Part shown: in pieces, positions 40,421-51,529 of the stretch
Numbering within the stretch: position 1 is the first letter of the stretch
Layout: every line of letters begins with the position of its first letter
Assembly (NCBI GenBank): GCA_013239625.1
Contig: MU053652.1
Location: forward strand, 5,819,902 to 5,883,901
Length of the DNA stretch: 64,000 nt
Direction of reading: 5' to 3'
From: Lama guanicoe
Taxonomy: Eukaryota
Position numbers and translations under genes: made by a program
The notes under the pieces: generated by a model
The model's database searches: none
What the model saw: the letters and a program-made list of their open reading frames with translations, nothing else
Told to the model about the DNA's origin: nothing

Positions 40421-41921
40421 ACAGTTTGTAAGTTGGTTTTCCCCTCTCAGTTATTAAAATAAGTTTTGCTTTTACCAAGCCCCAATAAAAAGTTCTATAT
40501 CTTAAAAAAAAAACTACTATGCTTAGTAGATTTGCTCATCTACAGAATTTTTTAAAAATGCAGTGAATGTGGTTGTTTTTAATTGACTTGTCAGTTTCAT
40601 TAAAAAGCCAAATTGACTGCATAGTGCAGACACAATTTAGGTTGAAAACTACTCCTCAGTGAAAGTTATCAAAGGTGAAACAAAGGAGAAGGAAGCTACA
40701 CCTATACAATTACGTGTGTATATACACATGTGTGTGAGTGTGCACACATGCGCGTGTGTGTTTTAAATTGTAGTAGAAAGCCTAAATAGCTAGCATAATA
40801 CTAGGCACTTGTTAATTATTTGGTAGGCTCTCTTTATTAATAAAAAATTAATTTTAAGTTTTTTTGTTTGTTTTCTACAATCTGAGTGCTTGGTACTGTG
40901 TTTAAAAAAAAGGAAATTTTGCAAAAGTTATCTTAGTTTTCTCTCTCTGAAAACTCTGACATATGCTGATGGATATAGATTTTCATTTTAAAAATTAAAG
41001 AGGGGCTCAAATGAGTTTAGTTATTTTCTTTGGTGATGAAACGCTCCCTGGAGGTGGACCAAGAAGAGTGCTAAATCTTTGATGCACCCGTGTAATATAT
41101 GCAGTACATTGCTGAGAATATCTGGTTTTGAGGTTTCAGTGGCAGAAAACCAACTGCAGGAAATCTGGATATTCTAGTACAGCTCTGACCTTAAATGTTT
41201 CATCCACTGAAAAGAATAATGCACGGTTTCAAAAATGTTCACGTGGTCCCATAAGAAGGTGAGGATTTTTTTCCCCCTTTTCTATACAACTTTAATTACA
41301 CTGTACTAAACAAGTTAAAGCAGTAATGCCACCTTAATTTTCACACAGAGGGCTTTTTAGTTAGAGTGCTGCTACTTGAGATGATCTAAACAGAATCTTA
41401 GCAGTTTAAAGAATTAATGCTCCTAATATTCCTTTTTGGTGCTGGGAAGTGGCCCCCCTGGAAGACGAGCAGGTCTGGACTGAAGACGCTGTGAGATGGG
41501 AATAGCTTTCTTCCTCCATGACCCCATCCATGTAATCTCTTCCTTCCCACACCTCCTCAGCACTTCAGAATGAAGAGAAAAAAAGAAAAAAACAGGAAAG
41601 TAGGAAAAAGAAAGATAGGTAGAAACAGCCCTTAGAAGAGTTTGCTCATCTTCAAGATTAAGGACAGAGAGTTGAAATTTTCCAACAGCAGCAGAGCTGC
41701 TTTCCTTCCCTCCATCCTGTGCAAACCCAAAGACCGGGAACAGAAGCAGGTTTTCATGACAAGCCACAGGCCAAGCACCCAGGTCATTTGGAGACCTAGA
41801 CTGGTTTATTCGCTGAGTGTCATTTGGTGCGGGCTGTCAGCTGGCAAATGCTTCATGCAAGGGATTCATGAACATAGCACATCTTATGAATCTTAAGTAT
41901 TAGAAGAGGTTGAGTTTATCT

Positions 41922-42550
41922 CGTTATCGAACCGAATTTGGGTCTGCTCACCCAACACTTAGCAAAGCCAATCTACTGACACCAGGTGGTGAAGGAAAGG
42001 ACAGAGTTTATTGAAGGGCCAAGCAAGGAGAACAGGCAGCTCATGCTCAAAAGACTCGAACTACTTGATGGCTTTTAGAGACGGGTTTTTAAAGACAGGG
42101 TGAGATGGGGTACATGATCAGCTCATGCACAGCTCTCTGATGAGTTAATGGTGAGGTACCAGGATGTTGTTTTGGGAATTTCAGTCATCAGCCTTCTCGT
42201 TCCAGTTGGTCTGGGGGTCTACTTGCTGGTGGTCAGCATGCAGTTCACTTTTTGCACCTGGTGAGGGTTTTAATATCTACAAAACTGCTCAAGGATATGG
42301 CTCAGGATATTATCCATAGCCCTTGAGGAGAAATCGAAAGTCCTTGACATTGTTTTATGGCTAAATTATTATTATTATTATGTCTTGCTTGGCTGCTTTC
42401 CTTTGTTTCTGATTTTTTTTTCACTTCCCTGAATATATTTTCTCTTTGGAACTTGTGGAAGGCCTAGGAGGCTAAAGCTTTTCTGCAAACAAGAAGCAGA
42501 GGGTATAGAGGGTCTATCTCCAGGAAGGCTCCACAGAGTTCTTGATTTCA
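41922..42550 (-). mobile_element. ERV1-class solo LTR (~630 bp; subfamily not determined)
   Basis: Termini (c)gttatcgaacc ... gatttca. On the - strand a TATA-like ctttaaaaa lies at ~42086-42094 and AATAAA at 42007-42012. Resembles a recalled laurasiatherian ERV1 LTR. Confidence 0.8.
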
Positions 42551-43143
42551 TCATGATCAACCACAAAATTGTCTATTTAACACTTCCTCTTTTAAATAAT
42601 AATTCTAGTGTTTACTGTGGACAAGTCTAATTATCTATAATGCTTAGGGATGAATTTAACTTTACTTCTACAAATCATTTTCCGAAGACAGCCTTTCCTA
42701 TACATTTTTAACAGAAAATACACAAAATAGCTTCCTAACTCCACTTTTGTCACACACTGGCAACCTCCTTAACATCTAGAAAGACTTGATGTCATCTTAG
42801 GACTCATTTGTCCATTATATACACAGCAAAGTAAAATGAAATGCACAGAACATATAGGACCATGGTTAATCTTGTTTTACTATAAAAATAGCTGAACTGG
42901 GGCCCCTGCACTGCCGCCTTCTCCCTCGTCCCCTGAACCGGTGCACACACACAACTGCATACCGCTCAGAGGGTGCTTTGCCCAGTCCCTTTCCAAATGA
43001 CAAAGTTCATGTGAATCTTAACAAAAGGATATTTGTAAAAATGTGTTATTTTACTATCTCTCCCTTAAACATAAATCGGGACCTTGATAATATCTAGAAA
43101 GATTAGATATTTCAAAAAAGTACTTAGCATGGTTCACTGTCTA

Positions 43144-43204
43144 TTTTGGTGTGAACTTTTAAATTCTATTTTCTTAGCAAATTTCAATTGTACAATATAG
43201 TGTT
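43144..43204 (-). mobile_element. ~60-bp L1 3'UTR scrap inside the NORAD retrocopy
   Basis: - strand aacactatattgtacaattgaaatttgctaagaaaatagaatttaaaagttcacaccaaaa resembles the L1 3'UTR motif tgtattgtatacttgaaatttgctaagagagtagatcttaa. Confidence 0.7.
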
Positions 43205-43426
43205 TGCTTTTAAGAAGATGTGGGTAACTTGAGAACACCTGCTTCCTATTACCTACTATAAATGACCAGTAGGTCCTCCCAGAGGCTGGTGGGCACTCCA
43301 TGTTAACAGGCCAAAAGTGGATTGCTGTTTCTACAGTTTTCCTCCTCCAGTGTCAAGGTCTGATGGAATAAAGACTCCGGCCAACATTTACACTCTCTGC
43401 TCCTCCCAGGCTCCTTAAGGGGTGGG

Positions 43427-43468
43427 CTGGGATGGCATCTTGTTCACTGGGATGGCATCTTGTTCACT
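43427..43468. repeat. Perfect 20-bp tandem duplication
   Basis: ctgggatggcatcttgttca x2 (43427-43446, 43447-43466) plus ct. Confidence 0.95.
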
Positions 43469-46281
43469 AGGGACACGGGGCCACCCCAGACCCAGGATCT
43501 GTGTGGCTCCATGGCCTGAGGCTGAGTGGCCGAGCTCAGGCCCTTTCTGGTGTCTGGGCGCTGCCATTCTTCTTGGCCCTTTCCTGGGGCCCCAGGGGCT
43601 CAGCTCTGCCCGCAGAGCTGGAGCCAGAGACCGGAGACCCCCATGGACCGTGTAGGGTAAGATCATAGGAGGATGGGCTTGCTGCTGCTTCAGGGCCTGG
43701 GCTTGGGCCCACAGCTCACCCAGGCTTGGAGGGTCGAGGCTGACCTCCACTAATGACCCCCATCTCTGCTAGAACTCCTTTATATTCACATTTTATTTTT
43801 TCTCTGATTAACATTTTAAGATGGGTAAGTATCCTTGGGGTCCTGATTATATGATACTTCTGCTGCAAACTGTTACTAAGATTGAGACTCTTTATATAAC
43901 TACTTTTAGATGTATTGTTGATTGATTACGTCTCTTGAATTCCATTTAAGGAGATGTCCCTGGTTTGCACAGTGCATCCTTTCTAGTACAGGTGGATGAT
44001 AGGATTTTGTCCCCTCGGTTTCTTGCCTTATCTTTGTCTCTCTTTGCATCACCTCTGTTTCCTGTCCTCCCATCTCTGTTCTCTGACTTTCCTCTCTTCC
44101 TTTTACTCCTCTCGTTTCTCTGTTAGCATTCCTACCCTTCTCTGTTTCCCTGAACCTTTTTTGACAGGATCTTTTTCCCTCACTTCTCCCTTTAATCTCT
44201 CTTTTTTCTAATACTGCAGTATAGAAAGAAATGCAGAGAATTACTAGGATTTACTATATTACAGAGACTTTCTGTTCTTTTTCCTTTACCAATGATTCAT
44301 TACTTGAAAATATTGACATCAATTTCCAGAAATTCATAAACGTCTCCAGTCAATGCATCTAAATTTCAAATAAACCTCCAGTGGTTTTGGTAAGAAAGTG
44401 CCCAATTTATTACTTTCCTTCATTTCTTGTAAATCACAGTGATGAGAGTTTAGAACAAAGCTGCATCGGGACACTGTGAGAAATCAGCCTATGCAAATGA
44501 GGTTTTTATTTCCTTAGAACCCATCATACTAGTGACTCAAGCTGGTTAAAACTCACTGAATGGTTTAGTTCCTGATGTTTCAGTACTGCCTCCTTATCTT
44601 GTATCAAAAGTATAGCACTGATGGCTTCTTTGGAGTTCTTTTAGCCATAGAAAATCGTACACATCTGGAAATATGTAAAGGAGTCAGTATGTCTCAACTA
44701 AGATTTTATAACTGCATGCTTTTTAGAGAGATCAAAATATCCAGGAGGCTGGTGTCTCCTATCATTTAATATCGCTGTGATAATAGTTATACACAGGGAC
44801 CTCAAATCATGTCATTTTGGGGGCCAGATCTTTAATTCTTACAGAAGACCTTTCCAGGTGGTAGTCACCTTAGAAATACCATTGTGCTCCTTCCATATAA
44901 ACAAGTAATTCAAAATGATCAAAGGCTTACATATAAGGTCTAAAACTATAAAACTCTAAAGCAAAAGTTCCAGAAAAAGGGCATAGAAAAAAATGAAGGA
45001 GAGGCAATAGCCAAATATATAACAATAGAGAATAATCTGGATGTATAGAACAAAATGAGTCCTAAGACTGAAGGGACAAGCAAGTCCGCTTGGATATGTA
45101 ACAGTGAAAATGTGAAATGCAAAGACAAAAGGAAATCTTTCAGCATGACAAAGAAAAAAGACATTATCCATGATGGTACAGCAGTAAGACTAACAGCAGC
45201 AGAAAAATATTTTTTGAATGTTGAGGGAAAAATAAGTTATAAATCTCTATTCAAACTATCATTCAAGAATAAAGGGAAATGAAGATATTTTATGTCATGT
45301 AAAGACTTAAGAGAGTTTGCCTCTTAGACTTTTTGAAGGAGCTGCCTACTTTAAAAGAAGGAAATTCATTCTAGAAATAAACAATGGAGTGTGTGTAAGA
45401 AGCAATGATTTTCTTAAAGTGGCTAGCATTGGTTTTAAATAAGGTGGAAATAAAGCTCTAGATGACAGTGATGTGTTTGACGGGCTGGAATTAAGCCTTC
45501 CTAAATCCCTTACATTGTTCAGAAGAAATATAAAAATATTAATTATCCTAACACATCATCATAAAATTGTGCAGGTTAAAAATGTAAGGCTAAGAATTCA
45601 AAGAATAAAAGTACAATTATAGCTTAGAAATCCCAAGAGGTGTAAAAGTATGTGTGCTGTACTGAAAAATTATCAGTCTGATGGGAGGGAGAAAAGGAAA
45701 AAAAATGGTAACAACCAAAAGGATGGTAAATAGACATAAATTGGTAGAAATAGATGTAAATATCAGTAGCTACAGTAAAACTCAACCACTAAAACCCAGA
45801 AAATCTCAGAGTGGATTAAATGTAAAATCTAGCTAAAAAGTAGCATATTACACACAGATATCACTTATGTGTGGTTGTATATTTATGTATGTCTATGAAT
45901 ATGTATATATATCACATATTAAAAAGAAAAGTGGTATAGTAAATTAAAATCAGAAAAAATAAACTTTATTGTAAAGTATTAGTAGCAATTAAGAGAAATG
46001 TAAATTAATAAAAATTATTCATCAAAAGATATGACAATTATGAACTGAAATGAACTTAAAAAGCAAAAAGCATAGTAAGATGAAATGAACAAAACTATAA
46101 TCCAAATGAAATTGTTAACACATGTCTCAGAAATTAATAAATTAATCAGACCAAAAATGTTTAGAAAGGAAATGGAAGATTTGAATAACTCAGTTAACAA
46201 AGTTGATCTGACAGATTTGTGTATACAACTGCACACTCAATAAATGTGAACGTCGGTTTTCTTTAAGCATGCTGAATTCAG

Positions 46282-46520
46282 GGCAGTCTATTGTGGAGTC
46301 AGAAGTTCAGTCTCTGGAATTTCAGTGACTAAATCTGAATCTTAGCACCACAATGCACTAGTTGTGCTGAGTGGTTAAGTTACTTTATCTCGCTATGGCT
46401 CAGATTCCTCATTTGTAAATTATAGGTAATATTAGTATTTAGGATTTTTGTGAGCTTTAACAAGTTAAAACATATCAATTGTTTAGTGTATAAAACATGG
46501 TAAAAATCTGACCAATGTGA
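46282..46520 (+). mobile_element. MIR SINE within the old L1 region
   Basis: tctctggaatttcagtgactaaatctgaatcttagc...ggctcagattcctcatttgtaaattataggtaatattagta. Confidence 0.7.
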
Positions 46521-47857
46521 GTTGGCATTTTCATTGTATAACACTGCAATAAAAGTAGCACAAAATTCCATGAAATAAATTCAATAAAATTAGGCACCAA
46601 TTATAAAAAATAGCCCAAACTCTCCCATAGAGCTGGAAATTGAAAAATAGGCTCCTAAATAATTCATGAGTCAGTGAAGAAAGTAAAATAGATATCATAC
46701 AATATTTATAATTGAGTGACAATGAATATTGTACATACAATAACTTCTGGATGCAGTAATCACTTAAAGGGGAGTTTCTAATTATGAATGTATATATTAG
46801 AAAATAAGTCATTTAAAAATAAATGAATGGGGATTCAACATAAGCAGTTAGAAAATAAACATCAGAGAACCTACAAGAGAATGGGAGGAGGGGAGTCATA
46901 TGAAAAGGAACACACAGCAATAAAATAGCAAACGAAAACGTTAGAGAAATTACAAAATACAAATAATGCTTTTTTGGAAAGGATCTTAAATTAGACAAGC
47001 CCATGGTAAAACTGATCCTTAAAAAAAGGCACACAGAAGCACATATAGGCAATACAAGGAATTAAAAAAAGATACATTTTAAGATCTAGTGAAGATTTTT
47101 AAATCCTGAGAGAATATTCTGACCATGTTATGCCAAGCAACTTAAGTAACTTGCCATCTTAGACTAACTGAACAATTTTCTAAGAAAATATAAATTTCTG
47201 TTATCAATACAGGAAGAAAGAGAAAATCTGAATTTAATAGTAACAATTTAAAACATTAACTTGATCATAAGAATGCTGCCTCTTCCTGAATGATGCATGC
47301 TGTCAGTATTTATTTTTGCTAGGTCCTAACCTATGCAATAAGACAAGAGACACATATAAGAATTAGATAGTAAATAACGCAGTTATTGTTTGCAGATATA
47401 AGTGTATTTGTAAGAAAATCCAAGAGCATTTACAGACAGACTTTAGAAGTAATAATTTCATTGGATATAAGAATTATTTCAGAATCTTTTAATACTATAG
47501 GAACAAACAGAAATGTCATTACATTTTTAAAAATTTCAAAATGCAGTAATAGCTGTAAGCTACCTGAAAGATATCTGGTTAATTAATTTATTTTTGTACC
47601 TCTATTGCAAAATAGATTATAGAGCTCAGAAACTGACTGCATAGGAAGACAAATGAATGGTGGGATGGTATTAAAAAATCAATGTGGAGACAACAGATTA
47701 TTGATTATATAAAGTAATTTGCTATATAAATGGAAAAATAAAATGAATTAGGTTTATACCTCACATTTTAGAACAAAATAAAATCCAGACAGGTTTAGAG
47801 ACATCCACGTGGAAAACAGAATTTAAACAAATTTTGTAGGAAACATGGGAGAATACA

Positions 47858-48069
47858 TAGTTGACCTTTGTACAGTGTGGGCGTTAGAGGTGCAGCCCTC
47901 TGAGCAGTCCGAGACCCTATAACTTTACAGTTAGCCCCATGTCCACAGTTCTGCATCATGGATTCAATCAACTATGGATCACGTAGTATCTTAGTATGTA
48001 TTTATTGAAAAAAATCCACATATAAGTGGACCTATGCTGTTCAAATCCGTGTTGTTCAGGGGTCAACTG
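47858..48069. mobile_element. Tigger2-derived MITE (~212 bp) inserted in the L1
   Basis: TIRs tagttgacctttgtaca / tgttcaggggtcaactg. aaaaaaatccacatataagtggacc...ttcaaatccgtgttgttca matches the recalled Tigger2 end. Confidence 0.85.
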
Positions 48070-50261
48070 CATATATAATATATAACATATATTATATGTA
48101 ATATATATATATTTTTTCCTGCCTTGGGGTAGCAAGTGATTTACTCAAAAACACAGTGAAGAAAAGCATAAGCCAAAATAAAGAAGATTGATTAATTTGA
48201 CTACACAAAACTACTTAAAAATTGCTCATAGTAAGAGAAAAATTTGAAAATCCAGCTACAAACCAAGAAATGATAGTTGTGTTATATATATTTGATACAA
48301 AAAACAAAATAAGACAAAGCCCAAAAATTTAGGTTCCAGACTATGTAAATAACTCCAACAAATCAGTGAGAAACAAAAACCAAATCACTAAGTAGGATGA
48401 AAAACAAGAATAGGGACAGGCAGTTTGTAAAAGTGGATAAGAAAATGACCAACAAACATGAAAGTCTTCAAGCTTACCAGTAATCAAGATAGAACAAATT
48501 TAAAAAAATCAAGGACATATAATTTTATACCCATCAGGCAAGAAAAAATTTTAAAAATAACACTGGCAATACCAAACACCAGAGAAGTTGTAGGAATTAC
48601 AAACTCTTACACACTATTGATGGGAGAATACATTGGTAAAACCACACTGGAGGGCAATTTAGCCATATCCAGTCATGTTGAAAAAATTGCATTCTGCAGT
48701 AGTAATACCATTTCTAGGCATACACTGTAGTAATTCTCACCTAGGTGTCCATGGATATTCATTGCTGCATTGATTTTAATAGTAAAAAATTGGAAACAAT
48801 ACAAATGATTCTTTAAGGAGGGAAGGATAAGTAAATTGTGGAATACTATATACGACTTATGGCAAATGAACTAGACCTTCATGTATCCACATTGGCCAAA
48901 TCTTGAGAGCATAGTGGTGGACAGAAAAAATAAAAAGTATGACACGATATTCATATTCCTTATAAATAGATGCATATGAAGGGAAATAAAATATGAATGG
49001 GGAAGGGGCTACAGCAACTTCAATGTTGTGGTTCTGTCTGGGGAGGGAAGGGGATTATAAATTCTTGGGAGGGGGCATGTGTTTCATATAACCTTCTCTA
49101 TGCATTTTTTGCATGTTAGAAGTATTTCAGATTAACAAAGCCCCAGCCAGCGTAGTGTGCCGAGATCGAACAGCCAGAGAATAGCTGGCTGGTATAGAAT
49201 AAGAAAGACATGTCTGAGCATGGCTGAAGGCCACAGAGGAAAATTCACCAATAAAAGATTTATAATAATTGCTGCAGTCACAAACCATAGAACAATCTTA
49301 ACATGTTCACCATATCAAACGGATGCTTCATTATTTATAAGTCTTTCCAGTTACATACTGATATTCACAGGTCGTGGGGACTAAAAGTGATTTTATTTTC
49401 AGAAAAGCAAAAGGATATCAGTATATAAAATATATATATTTAAAAAAGCAAAAGAGAAGAGATGTATTTTTTTTAAAGTGCAGTATTTTCCCCAATATTC
49501 CCAACATAAGATATGTGTTTTGGACAGTAAATGTTACGTAGACTGGAGTGGAGTATCTGAACTCAGTATGCTTGTAATTTCCATAAATAAGTCTGTTGCA
49601 GTTTTATTAATTCTTTTAAGAATTGGAGTTAATATCTACAAACTGAGTAAGATATTAGCACATTTTTTATGAGGTTATGTTTATGCTTTTATTATACACT
49701 ATTTGTCCTGTAGTCATTTTAATTGGTAATTGCTTCTCTGTAATTGATTATATTCTTTAATTTAACAAACATTATCTGTGTTGCAAGTATCTTAGTCAAG
49801 GTAATCATCTTCTAAATAAAAATTTTACCAAAAACCATTTCTTGAGAAGGCGTAGATCTTATTTATACATAGAAACAATTTTATATCACAGTAGTACTAC
49901 CAGGTCTATTAATTGCTCTCATAGCTAATGATTGTTGAAGAAACTTATTTTAAGGAATAGCAAAAAAACCTATGTGGCTTGGATTAAGCCAGCAAAGGTG
50001 AACAGAAGAAGAAGTCAGTGAGTTAAGGGGAGTATCTAGATCATTAGTTAAATGAAAGAATGAGTGAGCCATTTGAAAAATACAAATATATGCTACAACA
50101 TAGAGAATGTGCATTTACCATCTGGATATGAATCTAGGGTCCATTATGGACTTCTTACATAGAAGCTGCTTGACCTCATTCTTCCCTCAGTTTTCTAATC
50201 TGCAAAAATGGGGCTTATTGACCTGACAGGGTTGTTTTGAGAACTAAATGTAGGAAGGTGT

Positions 50262-50844
50262 ATTGCAGAAGGCTGGACGCGTATTGAAAGAGCAGGAAGC
50301 TAACTAACAAAACGGCTCCCCTGATACTGAAGCTGTTTGCTAATTCATTCTGACTTAAAATCCTTGCAACTTGTTTTCCTCTTTTCTCTGACAAACCCCC
50401 ATCTCTGTTTCACTTGCTCAACTGCTTTTGTGCTAAACAGCCCTCAACCTTTCCATTACACTCTCCACTCCCTGTATATTCTCTACGCAGAATAGCTTAC
50501 CCTTTAACCCAGAAGCTGTGTTCCAGAAAGGCGGTCATGGGCTATTAGCCTCAGCAAAATGAACAGACCCTCCAGAGTTTCTCCATAATGCCGGGTGAAT
50601 TCATCAAGATTAAGAAAAATACAGCACCCTGGAAAACGTCTCAATTGTTGCCACCTTTCTGTTCCATCTGATTTTTCTATAAAATCTCAGGACACCAATC
50701 CCAAGATGGATTCAGTCTCTAATGAGACCGTGACTCCCTTTTACCGGGCAAAGCAATAACGCTGTTCTTTTCTAATTTTCCCAAAACTCTGCCTCTGAAT
50801 CTCAATTCGGCTCTTAGGGTACAGAGGCTGGTTTTTTGGCAACA
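50262..50844 (+). mobile_element. ERV1-like solo LTR inserted into a MIR
   Basis: TATA-like ctataaaa at ~50677, degenerate polyA signal gcaataac at ~50753, U5 end gggtacagaggctggttttttggcaaca. MIR core lies upstream (~50100-50260) and the MIR tail (agtaaatgttagtatt) downstream. 5' boundary uncertain by a few bp. Confidence 0.65.
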
Positions 50845-51057
50845 ATATTAGTGTCCAGTAAATGTTAGTATTCCTTCCTTTCGCCTCTTCCCCCAATTTA
50901 CATATTTTTTCTGTTCAATCTTTAAGGTCAATGGGGAAGTTCAAATTGCTCAAGACAGAATTTTAAGCAAAGCCAACAGTGACCTGAGATTTACTGTGAA
51001 GGGAAATGGAATCTTGTTATTCAAGTAAATAGAGGAATTATTTATTTAGGACCCATA

Positions 51058-51221
51058 ATTTTCAGAGTACATAATGAATAGACTTCAAGGGATCCATGAT
51101 TCTCTCAAATTGTATGTAAATTTTTTGAGTATGTGAACTTTTTTCTAGATTTTTTTGATCCAAACTTGGCATCAGACTCTCAAAGTACGCATGACCTCCT
51201 GAAATATTAATGTGTACTGGC
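51058..51221. mobile_element. hAT-Charlie MITE (Charlie15-like)
   Basis: gacttcaagggatccatga...aaattgtatgtaaatttttt...catcagactctcaaag...tgacc. Confidence 0.6.
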
Positions 51222-51529
51222 TCTTAAACATGAATAAAATCTCCTTTACAAAATAAAGAATGTGGTGTAGAGAATAATCTGTGATACCTTTCACATTGGG
51301 ATAAACTAAGGCTTTGACTCCAAAATGTTAATTGTGTACATACGTTGAAAAAAAACCTAAAAACTGATTCTTCGCCCTTCCCCACCATTAAAGTGCAAAT
51401 AACCAGGGGAAAATGTGACTTATCTTGGTCTATCACTCTTCAGTGTGAGTTAATTCACTGGGAGCGTGACGTGGCTTCTGAAATAGAGCTGGTTTCGCTT
51501 TGTCAGACTTGGTCAGGACAAGCTGAGCT

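Larger units (their letters stand above)
42610..43776 (-). pseudogene. NORAD: Retrocopy (processed pseudogene) of the lncRNA NORAD/LINC00657, 5' portion
   Basis: The - strand has colinear blocks matching recalled NORAD: agttct-agcagagat (5' end), cccaggccctgaagcagcagc, aggccatggagccacacagatcc, ccttaaggagcctgg, tgcccaccagcctctgggaggacctactggtcatttat, then repeat units tgtgtatataatggacaaatgagtcctaa...tctttctagatgttaaggaggttgccagtgtgtgacaaaagtggagttag. Confidence 0.85.
44900..49130 (+). mobile_element. Highly decayed old L1 (L1ME-like): ORF1 C-terminal, ORF2 and 3' remnants
   Basis: ORF 45055-45282 KDKRKSF...GTAVRLTA...KLSFKNKG resembles the ORF1 C-terminus. ttgtttgcagatata at ~47386 is an RT FAD remnant. 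ORF 48458-48730 SYTLLMGEYIGKTTLEGNLAI resembles the ORF2 C-terminus. Strong A-rich strand bias. Confidence 0.8.

Noticed and set aside
40713..40760. Alternating purine-pyrimidine tract as a functional Z-DNA element
   Set aside because: An ordinary decayed (TG/CA) microsatellite, with no evidence of function.
41860..41895. gggattcat...catcttatgaa resembling the next GRM8 exon (RDSSYEQEGK)
   Set aside because: No LERIAR...QEGKVQFV reading frame and no splice acceptor. The next exon must lie beyond the window.
50620..50640. RE1/NRSE-like tacagcaccctggaaaacgtc
   Set aside because: The right half-site lacks the GGACAG core (it reads GGAAAA) and it lies within an LTR. Too weak to call.
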